This document shows positions 8,444 to 18,707 of a stretch of DNA of 32,000 nucleotides, in pieces (the stretch's first letter is position 1; each line of letters starts with the position of its first letter). The position numbers were made by a program, and so were the translations under genes. The notes below the pieces were generated by a model. The model saw only the letters and a program-made list of their open reading frames with translations. It did no database searches and was not told the origin of the DNA. This stretch comes from Promethearchaeum syntrophicum. Lineage in GTDB: Archaea; Asgardarchaeota; Lokiarchaeia; Sigyniarchaeales; Promethearchaeaceae. The stretch lies in contig NZ_CP042905.2 in NCBI RefSeq assembly GCF_008000775.2, positions 1,860,001-1,892,000 of the forward strand, in the 5' to 3' direction.

Positions 8444-8995
8444 ATGAAAAAATCAACAAAAAGCGTATTAGTTCTTGGGGTTATGTGTTTTTCATTGCTA
8501 TCAATTATCAATTTATCTTATAATAGTAGTGCTTCTACAAAAACATTGAAAACCTCTTATGTTAGGATCAATTGGATTGAAATAGAAAATAACTTGGCAG
8601 ATCATGAATATGATTTGAAATTTAGTCTACAATGGGAACGAATATATGGAGCCTATGGAGGAGATTTTTCGGCCGACAATCAATATAGCAGCACTTTGGG
8701 TTGGGAAAATTGGAAAATAGTGGTTAATAATTTTGAAGGTTACAGACCAGCTGGTACTCGTATATATAATGGATACTATTATTTACCAACTAGCTATGGA
8801 ATTGATATATCTGCATCTGGATATGAATATAAAATGTTGGTAACATTAGATAATGAAGATTTTCTTGGCGGTGAACAAAAAGTCTCTTTTGAATTCGGAA
8901 GTGGTCAAGCTTATAATGTGGATTACTCAAAAACGCTTGAATTCTCGCAATATGGTGGAGCTATTGAGTTTAATTATAGGATTGTGAACACATAA
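8444..8995 (+). CDS. Secreted protein of unknown function
   Basis: N-terminal signal-like segment (KSVLVLGVMCFSLLSIINL). The remainder is rich in Tyr, Gly and Asn and looks beta-rich. It is the first gene of the same-strand cluster containing the ABC transporter. Confidence 0.55.
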   Translation: MKKSTKSVLVLGVMCFSLLSIINLSYNSSASTKTLKTSYVRINWIEIENNLADHEYDLKFSLQWERIYGAYGGDFSADNQYSSTLGWENWKIVVNNFEGYRPAGTRIYNGYYYLPTSYGIDISASGYEYKMLVTLDNEDFLGGEQKVSFEFGSGQAYNVDYSKTLEFSQYGGAIEFNYRIVNT

Positions 8996-9142
8996 TTTTT
9001 ATTACTTTTTTCTTTTTTAATAATAAACAATGACACTATTAAAAACTCAAAAAATTCATAAGGATCAAAAATAAAACTTATATGTCTTCCATTAAAGATT
9101 TCGCTTGAAAAGACAACTAAGAAAAATTCTATGAAGTAATAT

Positions 9143-9964
9143 ATGAGAAAGAAAAAAGGTACTTATATGATACGAATAAAAAATCGCAATTCAATAAAAT
9201 ATTACTGCATAATACTTATTTTTCTGATTTGCACTATCTCATTTGCATACTCTTCTACCGCTCATAAGTCAGATTTAAATCAAAATTATGAATATATTTT
9301 CAACTCTGATATATCGGCTGATGTAGATCCATCATTATATAATGCTACCTTTTACCCTTTTATTAATTTAAGTTTAAGTTTTTATAAAAATGGAATAATT
9401 CATAATAATGATACTAACAATATTTTCGTGAGTATTAAAATTACAAAAATAGATTCAGATGATAATCCTTTTAGAATAAAAATGGAATTGATTGGTGGTT
9501 TTAACGATCTTGATACAAAAGATATTGGCATTAAAAATATTAGCAATCAATTTATCTGGGATCTAGATCAAAGTGAAAATTGGTTAGATTTTACTTCAAA
9601 TCGCCCAATCACTATCCTGAACTCAGGATTAAATAGAATAAATGTAAAATATGATCCAATTCATGCGAGATATTATGAATATTATAACCATTCTGGTGTT
9701 ATTGAAAGAATTGAAGTTGATTGCAATAGGAATTTATTGTTGAATTCTAGAATAATCCTTCCTGAAACAAGCTCAAACTTTGATTTGTATGACTCCAGAA
9801 TTTTTACAAAAAATCGCTTGGGATTAAGTTTAAATCAAATTCCTGAAAATGGTGAAGAACCTGAAAATGGAACCTTTTTTTTACAATATTTCGGAATTAT
9901 TATCTTAATCGGTGTTACTTTTATTATTTTAGGCAATATTATTAAAAAATTTAGGAGTTATTAA
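9143..9964 (+). CDS. Membrane-anchored extracellular protein of unknown function
   Basis: An N-terminal hydrophobic segment and a C-terminal TM anchor (FFLQYFGIIILIGVTFIILGNII). Its stop is 1 nt before the permease start. Confidence 0.55.
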   Translation: MRKKKGTYMIRIKNRNSIKYYCIILIFLICTISFAYSSTAHKSDLNQNYEYIFNSDISADVDPSLYNATFYPFINLSLSFYKNGIIHNNDTNNIFVSIKITKIDSDDNPFRIKMELIGGFNDLDTKDIGIKNISNQFIWDLDQSENWLDFTSNRPITILNSGLNRINVKYDPIHARYYEYYNHSGVIERIEVDCNRNLLLNSRIILPETSSNFDLYDSRIFTKNRLGLSLNQIPENGEEPENGTFFLQYFGIIILIGVTFIILGNIIKKFRSY

Positions 9965-9965
9965 G

Positions 9966-12665
9966 TTGAAATTAAATAGAGATTGGATACGTATTAAATC
10001 AAAAAAAAAAAAAATCATTGATTTATCTTTTTCAATTGGATTTCTAATATTAATTATTAGTTCAGTATCATTCTTAACAGAATTAATTGAACCTCAACAA
10101 TTAGCAGATAAATTTAATGATATCTCAGATATTTCAGAAAAAAATGAATATTATAGATATATTCACCTCTTTCATAGTAGATCTCGCAATTTAAACATTA
10201 TGAATGATTTTGATTCCAATATTGATAAAATATTTTATGATGATGTTAATAATTACAATTTTTCTCAATCTTCCTTATTTTCTTACGATTTGTGTAATTT
10301 AAATGATACAGGTGCAATATTAGTCGGATTAAGCACCAATTTGATAGAACAAATTAGATCTTTTACAAATGATAAAAATAATAGTGAACTTTATATCATT
10401 AATTCACAAAACGATTTTCTTCTAAATTATACTTCAGATTTTAATATAACAGTTGGAGATATAATTAGTATCAATGTTGATAATTACAAACTTTTAAATA
10501 TATCTCATTTTGAAGTAAATTTTCCCCTATTATATAACTTTTTTTTCAATGGCAGTAGTGGATATGACTTTTTAAGCCAAGATATTTCAACAATAATTTT
10601 TTCTTCCATGAATTTTTTTTATGAATTGTGGGAAGATGAAGTTAGCAATAATCCTGAATTCCAATTTTCTTTTATTGGATTTCAATATTTGTATTCCTTT
10701 TCTGATTTCAATGATATTATTTGGTCCGAAGATGAAATAGATAATTATTCTGAATTTGTTAGAAATGTTGAAGAATTTTTTGATAATGAATACCAAGATA
10801 TCGATATTTTCTATATTGAGGATTCTAAGATGATTAATTTATTCCACCAAACATCTCCAATTCTGAGAATATGCGTTTCAATAATACGAGTTTTGCAATT
10901 TTTATTTATTTTGATTCCTGTAGGATTTCTTTTTAGGAAAATCAATAAATATTTTGAAACTGATTTTTTTTATGAAGCCAATGAATTACTTCATGGTTTG
11001 CCAAAAATTGTTCGATTTAGATATTACATTAATGAACTAGGTTTAATATATGTTTTGAGTGAAATTATCGGATGTATATTAGTTTACGTCTTTATTTTAT
11101 TTCAAAAATTATTTTTTAACATAGAACTCTATTTCAATCAACAGTTTTTTATCGTAATTAGTCTTCTTTCCTTTATTTGTCTGATTTTAAGTATAATTTT
11201 GAATGAATTTTTATTACATAAAGTACTAACAAGTAAAATTGAAACACCCAACTTAAAAAATATTAATAAATTAATTCCATTTTGGTTAAAAATAGCAGGA
11301 TTAATAATATTAATTATAATATTTATTTTATTAAATCGTTTAAGCAATTTATTATTGATTTATTCAATTATTATTGGTGTTATTACAATTTGTATTGTTG
11401 TAACTTATTCTATATCAAAATTAATACGCTTTTATATAAAACTAAAAAATAATAGAAATAAAATTAGGAAAAACAAAATATCAACTAATTTCATTTTATT
11501 CAAACAATGGAACCAATTCACTCCAAAAAAGATTTTTGCATTTACACTCATTTCTTGTATTTGTACTTCAATAATAATTGGAAGTTCAATCACTCTAGAT
11601 ATTGTAAAAAATGATGCAGAATGGTCTATTGGATCTCAAATATCATTTAAAAAATACCACAATGCAACGGATATTTCTAACAATCTTGATTCTAATAGTG
11701 ATATTGAGAGTTATACCTCATATATATCGATTAATACAGATTTCAACACTTCATCGTCGGTAATTCAATCTTCCTATAATATAATGGGTATAAATATTGA
11801 TGATTGGATTAGACATTATTCAAAAAATAGAATTTCTTCTTTCTTAAATTATGAAAATGATTTTAACCTCTCAAAAGATGATGTTTTCATCTCCTATAAA
11901 TACAAGGAATCGGGTTTTGATATCAATGATAGTTTTCCCCTATATTTCTATAATAACACTATACATAACATTGATTTTATAAATTTTTCAGTAAAAGCAT
12001 TGGTCAAAAACTGGCCAATAATTTCATCTTTTCCTGAAAATTTAGATTCAATTAATACTGAAAACCAAGAATTTATTATATTACCTTTAGAACAAACGAA
12101 AAATATTTTGGATCAATTAAATATTGAATTTTATGAAACCTTTTTATTAAAAGTGGATGATAATAACATTGGGAATATAATTAAATATATTTCTTCCTTA
12201 CCTAACATTACTGAAATAAGAACCGTTGACTTAAGATATTACGAAAGTATTAATGATCTTGCAATGAATGCTTTGAAATTAATCATCCAAGGGGGATTAT
12301 TATTTGTAATTATCTTTTTAATTTCTGACTTAAAAAATAATGACATTAATGATAGCTTTAAATCAAAAATTTTAGGAATTCTGGGTTTGAAATCAGATTT
12401 TAGGAAAAATCTTGGTTATAATTTAATGTATGAATGTTATTTGCTCTTAATTTCGCTAATAATTAGCAGTGGTTTATTATTATTTATCTTTAAAATAATC
12501 CTTACAGATGGGTTTAGTAATTTTTTCGAGTACTCACAGACTACATTAACTAAAGTTATAATTACTCAATTGTCGGTTTCAATTTTTATAATTTTTAGTC
12601 AATTTGTGTCATACTTAAAATTTTCAAAAATTGAAATATCAAAAATATTTAGACATCCCGAGTAG
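9966..12665 (+). CDS. Large fused FtsX/MacB-like ABC permease with two TM bundles and two large extracytoplasmic domains
   Basis: 899-aa ORF with a TTG start. Hydrophobic clusters fall at about aa 20-40, 300-480, 520-545 and 770-890, separated by large polar domains. The gene is followed directly by two ABC ATPase genes. Confidence 0.6.
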   Translation: MKLNRDWIRIKSKKKKIIDLSFSIGFLILIISSVSFLTELIEPQQLADKFNDISDISEKNEYYRYIHLFHSRSRNLNIMNDFDSNIDKIFYDDVNNYNFSQSSLFSYDLCNLNDTGAILVGLSTNLIEQIRSFTNDKNNSELYIINSQNDFLLNYTSDFNITVGDIISINVDNYKLLNISHFEVNFPLLYNFFFNGSSGYDFLSQDISTIIFSSMNFFYELWEDEVSNNPEFQFSFIGFQYLYSFSDFNDIIWSEDEIDNYSEFVRNVEEFFDNEYQDIDIFYIEDSKMINLFHQTSPILRICVSIIRVLQFLFILIPVGFLFRKINKYFETDFFYEANELLHGLPKIVRFRYYINELGLIYVLSEIIGCILVYVFILFQKLFFNIELYFNQQFFIVISLLSFICLILSIILNEFLLHKVLTSKIETPNLKNINKLIPFWLKIAGLIILIIIFILLNRLSNLLLIYSIIIGVITICIVVTYSISKLIRFYIKLKNNRNKIRKNKISTNFILFKQWNQFTPKKIFAFTLISCICTSIIIGSSITLDIVKNDAEWSIGSQISFKKYHNATDISNNLDSNSDIESYTSYISINTDFNTSSSVIQSSYNIMGINIDDWIRHYSKNRISSFLNYENDFNLSKDDVFISYKYKESGFDINDSFPLYFYNNTIHNIDFINFSVKALVKNWPIISSFPENLDSINTENQEFIILPLEQTKNILDQLNIEFYETFLLKVDDNNIGNIIKYISSLPNITEIRTVDLRYYESINDLAMNALKLIIQGGLLFVIIFLISDLKNNDINDSFKSKILGILGLKSDFRKNLGYNLMYECYLLLISLIISSGLLLFIFKIILTDGFSNFFEYSQTTLTKVIITQLSVSIFIIFSQFVSYLKFSKIEISKIFRHPE

Positions 12666-12671
12666 ATAAAA

Positions 12672-13382
12672 ATGAATAATAGTATAGAAAATACCATCAT
12701 ATTGAAAAACGTTACAAAAATTTTTGCACATCCATCAGAAAAATTCACAAATATATCAATTTTTAATGGACTTGATTTAGAGATCGATTCATCAAAACTT
12801 AATTTTATTATTGGTCCATCTGGTTCTGGAAAAACAACTTTTTTAAAGATGATATTGGGAATAGAAAGTGTTTCTGCGGGAACAATTATTTTTAATGAAT
12901 TTGAAATTCATAAAATCAATTATGAAAAATATGAAACCAAAGCAAAATATTGGAAACAAGTTGGATATATTAATCAATTTCCTCAAAGAAATATTTGCTT
13001 TTCTTTAAGTGTAGAAGATAATTTGAAATATTCATATTTAAGCAATTCTTCACAAAAAAAAAAAAAAAATGAAATAAATGAGATCTTGTCTGAATTCAAT
13101 TTGCTGAATCAAATTCACACAAAAACAGAATTTCTTTCGGGTGGTGAAATTCAAAGACTTAGCTTTGCGTGTGCGATGGTTAATCCTCCAAAATTAATGC
13201 TTTGTGATGAACCAACCTCTCAATTAGATGAAGAAAATAAATATGCACTTATTGATTTATTACATAAAATTCAAAAAAAATACAATATTTGTGTCATAAT
13301 TTCTACTCATGATTTGTCTATAGCAAAAAATTCAAATATATTAAAAATTAGTGGAGGAAAAATAGAATATGTCAATTGTTAA
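12672..13382 (+). CDS. ABC transporter ATP-binding protein (first of two)
   Basis: Walker A GPSGSGKTT, signature LSGGEIQR, Walker B LMLCDEPTSQLD, H-loop STHD. Confidence 0.9.
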   Translation: MNNSIENTIILKNVTKIFAHPSEKFTNISIFNGLDLEIDSSKLNFIIGPSGSGKTTFLKMILGIESVSAGTIIFNEFEIHKINYEKYETKAKYWKQVGYINQFPQRNICFSLSVEDNLKYSYLSNSSQKKKKNEINEILSEFNLLNQIHTKTEFLSGGEIQRLSFACAMVNPPKLMLCDEPTSQLDEENKYALIDLLHKIQKKYNICVIISTHDLSIAKNSNILKISGGKIEYVNC

Positions 13383-14046
13383 TTTAAAAGATGTTGGATA
13401 CGATGTAAATATATCAAATCATTTCACAAAAAAAATTTTAAAAAAAATAAATTTTATTGCACATCCAGGAGAATTCCATGCAATTATAGGACCTTCAGGA
13501 TGTGGAAAAACAACTTTACTTAATATAATTGGTAGTTTATTAAAGCCATCAACTGGGTCAGTAGAATTATTTGAAAAAGATATAACTAATTTTTCTGAGA
13601 AAAATATCCATAAAATTAGAAAAAATATAGGTTATATATTTCAATCAGTTTATATTCCAAAAAATATGTCGGTTTTTGAATATTTGATTTTTTTCGCAGA
13701 ATTAAGTGGTTTAGAACCTAATAAAGCTATAGAGACATCAAATAGTTTTCTTAAGGAGTTCAATTTACAAACTCTTCAATACAAAAAATCAGATATATTA
13801 AGTGGTGGAGAAAAACAATTGGTTTCGTTACTTTCAATCTTAATTTCTGATCCACAGTTAATATTACTTGATGAACCTACAGGTTCCGTAGATTATGAAC
13901 ATAAATTAAGAATTTGGGAATCTATTAAATCTTTATGTAAAACAAATAAAACAATAATTGTGGTTTCTCATGATAAGAAAATACTTGAATATGCTGATTA
14001 TACTCATTTATTAAATTATGGTGAGATATTTCAACAAAAGAAATAA
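13369..14046 (+). CDS. ABC transporter ATP-binding protein (second of two)
   Basis: Walker A GPSGCGKTT, signature LSGGEKQ, Walker B LILLDEPTGSVD, H-loop VSHD. It overlaps the upstream ATPase gene by 14 nt. Confidence 0.9.
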   Translation: MSIVNLKDVGYDVNISNHFTKKILKKINFIAHPGEFHAIIGPSGCGKTTLLNIIGSLLKPSTGSVELFEKDITNFSEKNIHKIRKNIGYIFQSVYIPKNMSVFEYLIFFAELSGLEPNKAIETSNSFLKEFNLQTLQYKKSDILSGGEKQLVSLLSILISDPQLILLDEPTGSVDYEHKLRIWESIKSLCKTNKTIIVVSHDKKILEYADYTHLLNYGEIFQQKK

Positions 14047-14534
14047 TTTCTTTGGAAAAGTTGGAGGATAATTTATAATATCCTAGTAATGGGGATCTCA
14101 TTTGCAAATTTTCTGAGTAAACATAATGTATACTCTTTTTCCCTCCTAAGGTTATAAAAACCGTTCATCCATAATTAAATTACCTCTATTCGCTAAAAAA
14201 TGAGAATCTTGGGTGAGTAAAATTTTACATTCTAACAAAATTCGATTATAATCTAGATATATTTCAAACAATAGTGAGTTTTATAGTATTTCTATAATTA
14301 GAATTTCAATATTATTCTCTTCGATTTATAGTTTACGTAAGTTACACTGTGAATTGGAGAGAAATTTTGAAAAAGATCATCTATTGAATGGAATAATTCC
14401 AATCTATTCACATTGTAGAAATATTAAATGAAAGAATTGGAAATTCTATTAATTATTTATCCAATTTTAGATTATCTTTAATTAGCAGAAAAATACTTAT
14501 AAATCTTGTAGGATTACACTAAGATTACAAAATC

Positions 14535-15431
14535 CTACAAATAAAACTTAAAGTAATCATTTCTTAAGTAATATTTCAGAAACCAATTAATAAAAATCAT
14601 TTCATTATCTTGCAGATTACTCCTTTCCAGAGCAGTATAATAAGAGAATCTATCTTTATATCGAATATTTACCATAGGATAACCGTTTTTATACAAAATA
14701 TAATTCATAAGCATTCTTGAAACTCGTCCATTTCCATCAGCAAAGTTGTGAATTAGACCTACAATCTTATATTTGAATAATCCAGCGAGTAAAACAGGGT
14801 GATAGATCCGCTTTTTTGCATTATACCACTGAATAAGTTGTTTCATTAATACTTTTACGTTTTCGTGAGGAGGGAATTTTGCTTTACTATTTCTAATTGA
14901 AACATTTCCTTTTCTTAATTTTCCTGCAATATCTGATTTAGTTTCGCTAAATAATGATTTATGCAATTCTAAGATAAATTTCACCGAGATTTCTTTCTTT
15001 GAATCCAATAGGATATTGAAACTTTTCATGTGAAAATAAATTTCTAAACAGTCCTTAAAACTCCGTTTTACAGGTGAAATGTCCTCATCTAATAACATTT
15101 GGGTATCTCGATAAGATAATGTAGAACCTTCTATGCGATTCGAGTTAAATGTGAAATTTATACCAAACTTTCTTAATTCTTGCTTTTTTAATTCGGTTGG
15201 ATATGTTAAAAAATAGTCATATCCACTTTTAATCTTGCTAAAATCATCTTTGAATCTTTTTTCAATTATCTTATTATAAAACTCATCTTTCTTTTTATCC
15301 AATATTTCAAAGGGGGGTATTGTATCGTATCCAATTCCTTTTTCAATATGTTTTAAATGATTATTTTGTCGATATGAATAAACAAATGAATAATAATTTC
15401 TCTTATTTCTGACTCGTTTTAACATTTCCAT
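14535..15431 (-). CDS. Fic/DOC family protein (putative AMPylase) with an N-terminal inhibitory motif
   Basis: The Fic active-site motif HNFADGNGRVSR (HxFx[DE]GNGRxxR) lies at nt ~14715-14750. The SNRIEG match to [ST]xxxE[GN] lies at nt ~15126-15143. Confidence 0.85.
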   Translation of the reverse strand: MEMLKRVRNKRNYYSFVYSYRQNNHLKHIEKGIGYDTIPPFEILDKKKDEFYNKIIEKRFKDDFSKIKSGYDYFLTYPTELKKQELRKFGINFTFNSNRIEGSTLSYRDTQMLLDEDISPVKRSFKDCLEIYFHMKSFNILLDSKKEISVKFILELHKSLFSETKSDIAGKLRKGNVSIRNSKAKFPPHENVKVLMKQLIQWYNAKKRIYHPVLLAGLFKYKIVGLIHNFADGNGRVSRMLMNYILYKNGYPMVNIRYKDRFSYYTALERSNLQDNEMIFINWFLKYYLRNDYFKFYL

Positions 15432-15500
15432 ATCATATTAATAAATTTCAAATAAAAAACGTTTTTGCTATGGTAAAATGCGTTAAAATTGTTAAAAAAG

Positions 15501-16211
15501 TTATGATTTAACCTGCTTTAATCGTGTTTTGAAATATTTCATTATATTTCTCATAGCTTGTAATGTCATAAAATTGTTATATATTATATCTTCTTTTCTT
15601 AATTCATCATTTTTTAGAAAATAAGCAATTTCGTCTACTTTAGGTGAAATATTTTCTGGAATATCTTCCCATGCGTTATTTTCAAGAATTCTATTGATAT
15701 CTCCCCCAAACTCAATTATTTTTTCCAATTCTGATTTTGAATAATCGAAATATTTATCATCTGAATAATAACGTTTTAATTTCTCTTCAATTTCTGGATT
15801 TGAATTAAAACAATCATAATTCTTTATAAAATTCCAAATTTCTTGCCAAAATTCATCTTTGTAAAAGCCTAAATCATGATAATATGAAACAATACTAAAT
15901 ATATCAGGTTCTTCATTCATACAAGAATCTTTTATACATTGTATTGAGGATAGATTTAATAGATCCTCTTCCGAAATTGAATATCTTAGCATTTTTTCTA
16001 AATATTTGATTAATTCAATTCCTAATTCTTCTTCAAGTGGTTTGTATGTAGATTCGATTTTTTTATACATTTGAATTATTTCTAATTCTAAATCTTTCGA
16101 TACCATATTAGTTTCAAGTTTGTTATTAATATCAACTAATATCTCCCATTCTTCCATTTCGTTTAATTCGGTTAAAATATTCTTTCGTTTAAAATTTTCA
16201 ATTTGTGTCAT
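15501..16211 (-). CDS. Hypothetical protein
   Basis: 236-aa ORF co-oriented with its neighbours. No recognisable motif. Confidence 0.45.
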   Translation of the reverse strand: MTQIENFKRKNILTELNEMEEWEILVDINNKLETNMVSKDLELEIIQMYKKIESTYKPLEEELGIELIKYLEKMLRYSISEEDLLNLSSIQCIKDSCMNEEPDIFSIVSYYHDLGFYKDEFWQEIWNFIKNYDCFNSNPEIEEKLKRYYSDDKYFDYSKSELEKIIEFGGDINRILENNAWEDIPENISPKVDEIAYFLKNDELRKEDIIYNNFMTLQAMRNIMKYFKTRLKQVKS

Positions 16212-16229
16212 TTGCTTTCCCTTTCTGTT

Positions 16230-16997
16230 TTATGGCATTTTTAACTCTGCTCTCCAATCTTCAATTGCTTCTTGTTGCTCAATTAACTGCTCTTTTATAT
16301 TAGATTGCTCATTAATATAAAAATAATAATCAGATTTTTGACAAAAGCATAAATCTTCAATTATATATTTGCATTTTTTCTTTTCTTTCATATCTTTGCA
16401 ACTGAGTAAAAAATCATTTTCTGCAGTTATAAAATCATCTACAATTCCATTTTGGTCTATTACAGGATACCATTCTCCTATTGAACAATTTTTAATATCG
16501 ATTAATGGAAGTTCCAAATCAATAATCGTTTTAAATAACTCTTCTTGATTGTCTCCCTCTAAATCATTATTGTTAATAAATTGAAATAATTCGTTCTTTG
16601 TTATTTTTTCCTTTAATACATTATTATTATTTATTTCAACTGATCTTTCCCTTTCATCCCTTTCATCCGTTTCATCCATTTCATCTAATTCAGTCAAAAT
16701 TTCTATTAATTCGTTTTCCTCTGAGTTTTCCCTCCATTCAATAATATTACTCAATGTTTCTCTTATGAATTTCTCGTCAATATTATTCCGATCAAAATAG
16801 TAATTCATAAATAGCACTTGATCAGTCGCATGGATATGGATTTCTTTTTTTTGATCATATACTTTAAATTGATTGGATCTAAAGCGAAAATATAATGATT
16901 TTTCAGCAGTTTCAATTGTACCTTGCGTAGGACACCCATGTGTGTCCCAAAATTCTATTTTTGGATTTGTTAATTTCCTGTCTATAATTGCTACCAT
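16230..16997 (-). CDS. Hypothetical acidic protein
   Basis: 255-aa ORF with the acidic tract ELDEMDETDERDERE. No recognisable catalytic motif. Confidence 0.45.
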   Translation of the reverse strand: MVAIIDRKLTNPKIEFWDTHGCPTQGTIETAEKSLYFRFRSNQFKVYDQKKEIHIHATDQVLFMNYYFDRNNIDEKFIRETLSNIIEWRENSEENELIEILTELDEMDETDERDERERSVEINNNNVLKEKITKNELFQFINNNDLEGDNQEELFKTIIDLELPLIDIKNCSIGEWYPVIDQNGIVDDFITAENDFLLSCKDMKEKKKCKYIIEDLCFCQKSDYYFYINEQSNIKEQLIEQQEAIEDWRAELKMP

Positions 16998-17187
16998 TTT
17001 TATTTTACCTGTTTTTCTGTTTTTTTTATGAAAAAAGTATGCTTAAAATTCTCATAAAAACAATTAATTTCAAGTATTTAATCTAATAATAAAAACAAAT
17101 GATATATTTGTAATTAATAAGAGATTATTAAAAATTCATGCAGATTATAATGATTACAGAATTAGTACGTGAGATTTTATTTCTTTT

Positions 17188-17607
17188 TCAAAATGGATTT
17201 GGTGGTGGATTCAAAGCTGAATAAACTAATTTTTCAAGCGATTGTTGGTCATAACAATCTGTCTGCAATTGCAATTCGATTTTCTTGCGAATGTCTACGA
17301 ATTTCGCTTGTTCACCAATGGGGAATTGGGGATCGGTAATCCTCTTAGTAATCTCGGCTAATAAGCGTTTGTTTCGCTTATAATGTTTAGATTTTGTGGG
17401 TTTAGTAGGTTTAATTTTTGCAGAGGTTTTCCCTTTTTTCTCACTGTGATCCCTGTTAAAATTCTGTTTCATGATGCGGAAGGCAGATCCAAAATTCAAA
17501 GCATAATCTTTATAATGCTTATTTTGTCGATAGGCTCTTTCACTAATAAATTCGGGCGTCAGTCTATTCTTTCTTTTATAATCTATACGTTTTCTTGTCA
17601 TGTTCAT
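17188..17607 (-). CDS. Hypothetical basic protein
   Basis: 139-aa ORF rich in Lys and Arg (KIKPTKPTKSKHYKRNKR). It overlaps the upstream gene by 32 nt. Confidence 0.4.
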   Translation of the reverse strand: MNMTRKRIDYKRKNRLTPEFISERAYRQNKHYKDYALNFGSAFRIMKQNFNRDHSEKKGKTSAKIKPTKPTKSKHYKRNKRLLAEITKRITDPQFPIGEQAKFVDIRKKIELQLQTDCYDQQSLEKLVYSALNPPPNPF

Positions 17608-17986
17608 CCTTTCTCATGAAAGCTGTGCAGGTGACAGCTTTTGATCGTTTTTCAAAGCCATACGCTAATAATATCTTCTTTGAATTCTTAAAAAATCTCT
17701 TTTTCAGATCGGGAACGTTGTTAATTTTGTTAAAAGTATAGAAAATTTCTTTGATATTGATATATTGCTTCGTTCTGATAAAATCTACGACAAATTCATT
17801 GATAATCGCTTTAAATTCACGTTTCCGTAAAAGTTCGTTTATATCTATCAAACTTGTAATGATATGTGTTGTTGAGCATTGTGTATGAATGAAATACTCT
17901 CCAAATTTTTTCTCATTTCGATAGATTAAATTATTGCAAATTACACAATAATTTAAATCTTTTGCAGTTTTAGTTTCTAGTGCCAT
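17576..17986 (-). CDS. Hypothetical protein with an N-terminal Cys2-His/Cys zinc-finger-like motif
   Basis: CVICNNLIYRNEKKFGEYFIHTQC has the pattern CxxC...HxxC. Confidence 0.4.
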   Translation of the reverse strand: MALETKTAKDLNYCVICNNLIYRNEKKFGEYFIHTQCSTTHIITSLIDINELLRKREFKAIINEFVVDFIRTKQYINIKEIFYTFNKINNVPDLKKRFFKNSKKILLAYGFEKRSKAVTCTAFMRKDEHDKKTYRL

Positions 17987-17997
17987 ATTTTTTTCAC

Positions 17998-18345
17998 TTA
18001 GTCTTTTCTTTCTAATATTAATACTGATACGATCTGATTCTTGTTAGAAAATCGTTTAAACGTTATGTATTGTTCTAAATTTTTTAGCTGTAATCTGTTG
18101 TAATTAATATCTTGCTCTAATATTTTAAATGGGATCTGCTTTATTGGTAAATCAGCTTTTTTTAGTATTTCTACATGAGGATAGATAATCGTTTTCGCTA
18201 AATCCACAATAATTGAGATCTTATCGCCTTTCTGATAAAATCTGCCTTGTGTTTGTGAGAGAATTGCTATAAATTTCTTGTGTTTCAATTTGTAGAAATT
18301 GTGCTTAAACATTAAATGATTTTTCTTGACAGTTTGCATTTTCAA
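17998..18345 (-). CDS. Member 1 of a three-gene paralog family, possibly an ASCH/PUA-like beta-barrel
   Basis: It shares with 19138..19599 the pattern [IV]L..TQ...Y....D...IIVD ... IP...L..DI ... QLKNL ... h-h-E-h-RK. Confidence 0.45.
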   Translation of the reverse strand: MKMQTVKKNHLMFKHNFYKLKHKKFIAILSQTQGRFYQKGDKISIIVDLAKTIIYPHVEILKKADLPIKQIPFKILEQDINYNRLQLKNLEQYITFKRFSNKNQIVSVLILERKD

Positions 18346-18707
18346 TTTTCCCTCTTATTTTCAAGAATGAACACATTCGTTCTTTTTTTTCTCATAATAA
18401 TACCTGATATGATATTTTTTTGTAAATACGTTTCATTTCGAACCAAACACACTGATAAATTTAACGGAACACTTAATTTAGGGTATTTTGGTTTAGGTTG
18501 ATTCTGTTTGAATTGTTCTATCTCATGTTTAGCTGTCTTATAATCAATATATTTTGTGTTACAGAGTTTCGAATATTCGCATGAATCAAAATATTGAGAG
18601 AAATAACTGTATTTATGATGATTACATAAGATTATATAAAAATAGTTCTGAATTTGCACATTATACGGTGTATAACTCACAGTATTAGCAGAGGCTGTTG
18701 ACAACAT
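18342..18707 (-). CDS. Hypothetical protein
   Basis: 121-aa ORF with 4-nt and 1-nt overlaps with its neighbours, which suggests translational coupling. Confidence 0.4.
   Translation of the reverse strand: MLSTASANTVSYTPYNVQIQNYFYIILCNHHKYSYFSQYFDSCEYSKLCNTKYIDYKTAKHEIEQFKQNQPKPKYPKLSVPLNLSVCLVRNETYLQKNIISGIIMRKKRTNVFILENKREN

Noticed and set aside
10001-13069. The poly-A tracts as evidence of frameshifted or pseudogenised transporter genes
   Set aside because: Both reading frames are continuous through the tracts, and the downstream ABC motifs are intact. They are reported only as potential slippage sites.
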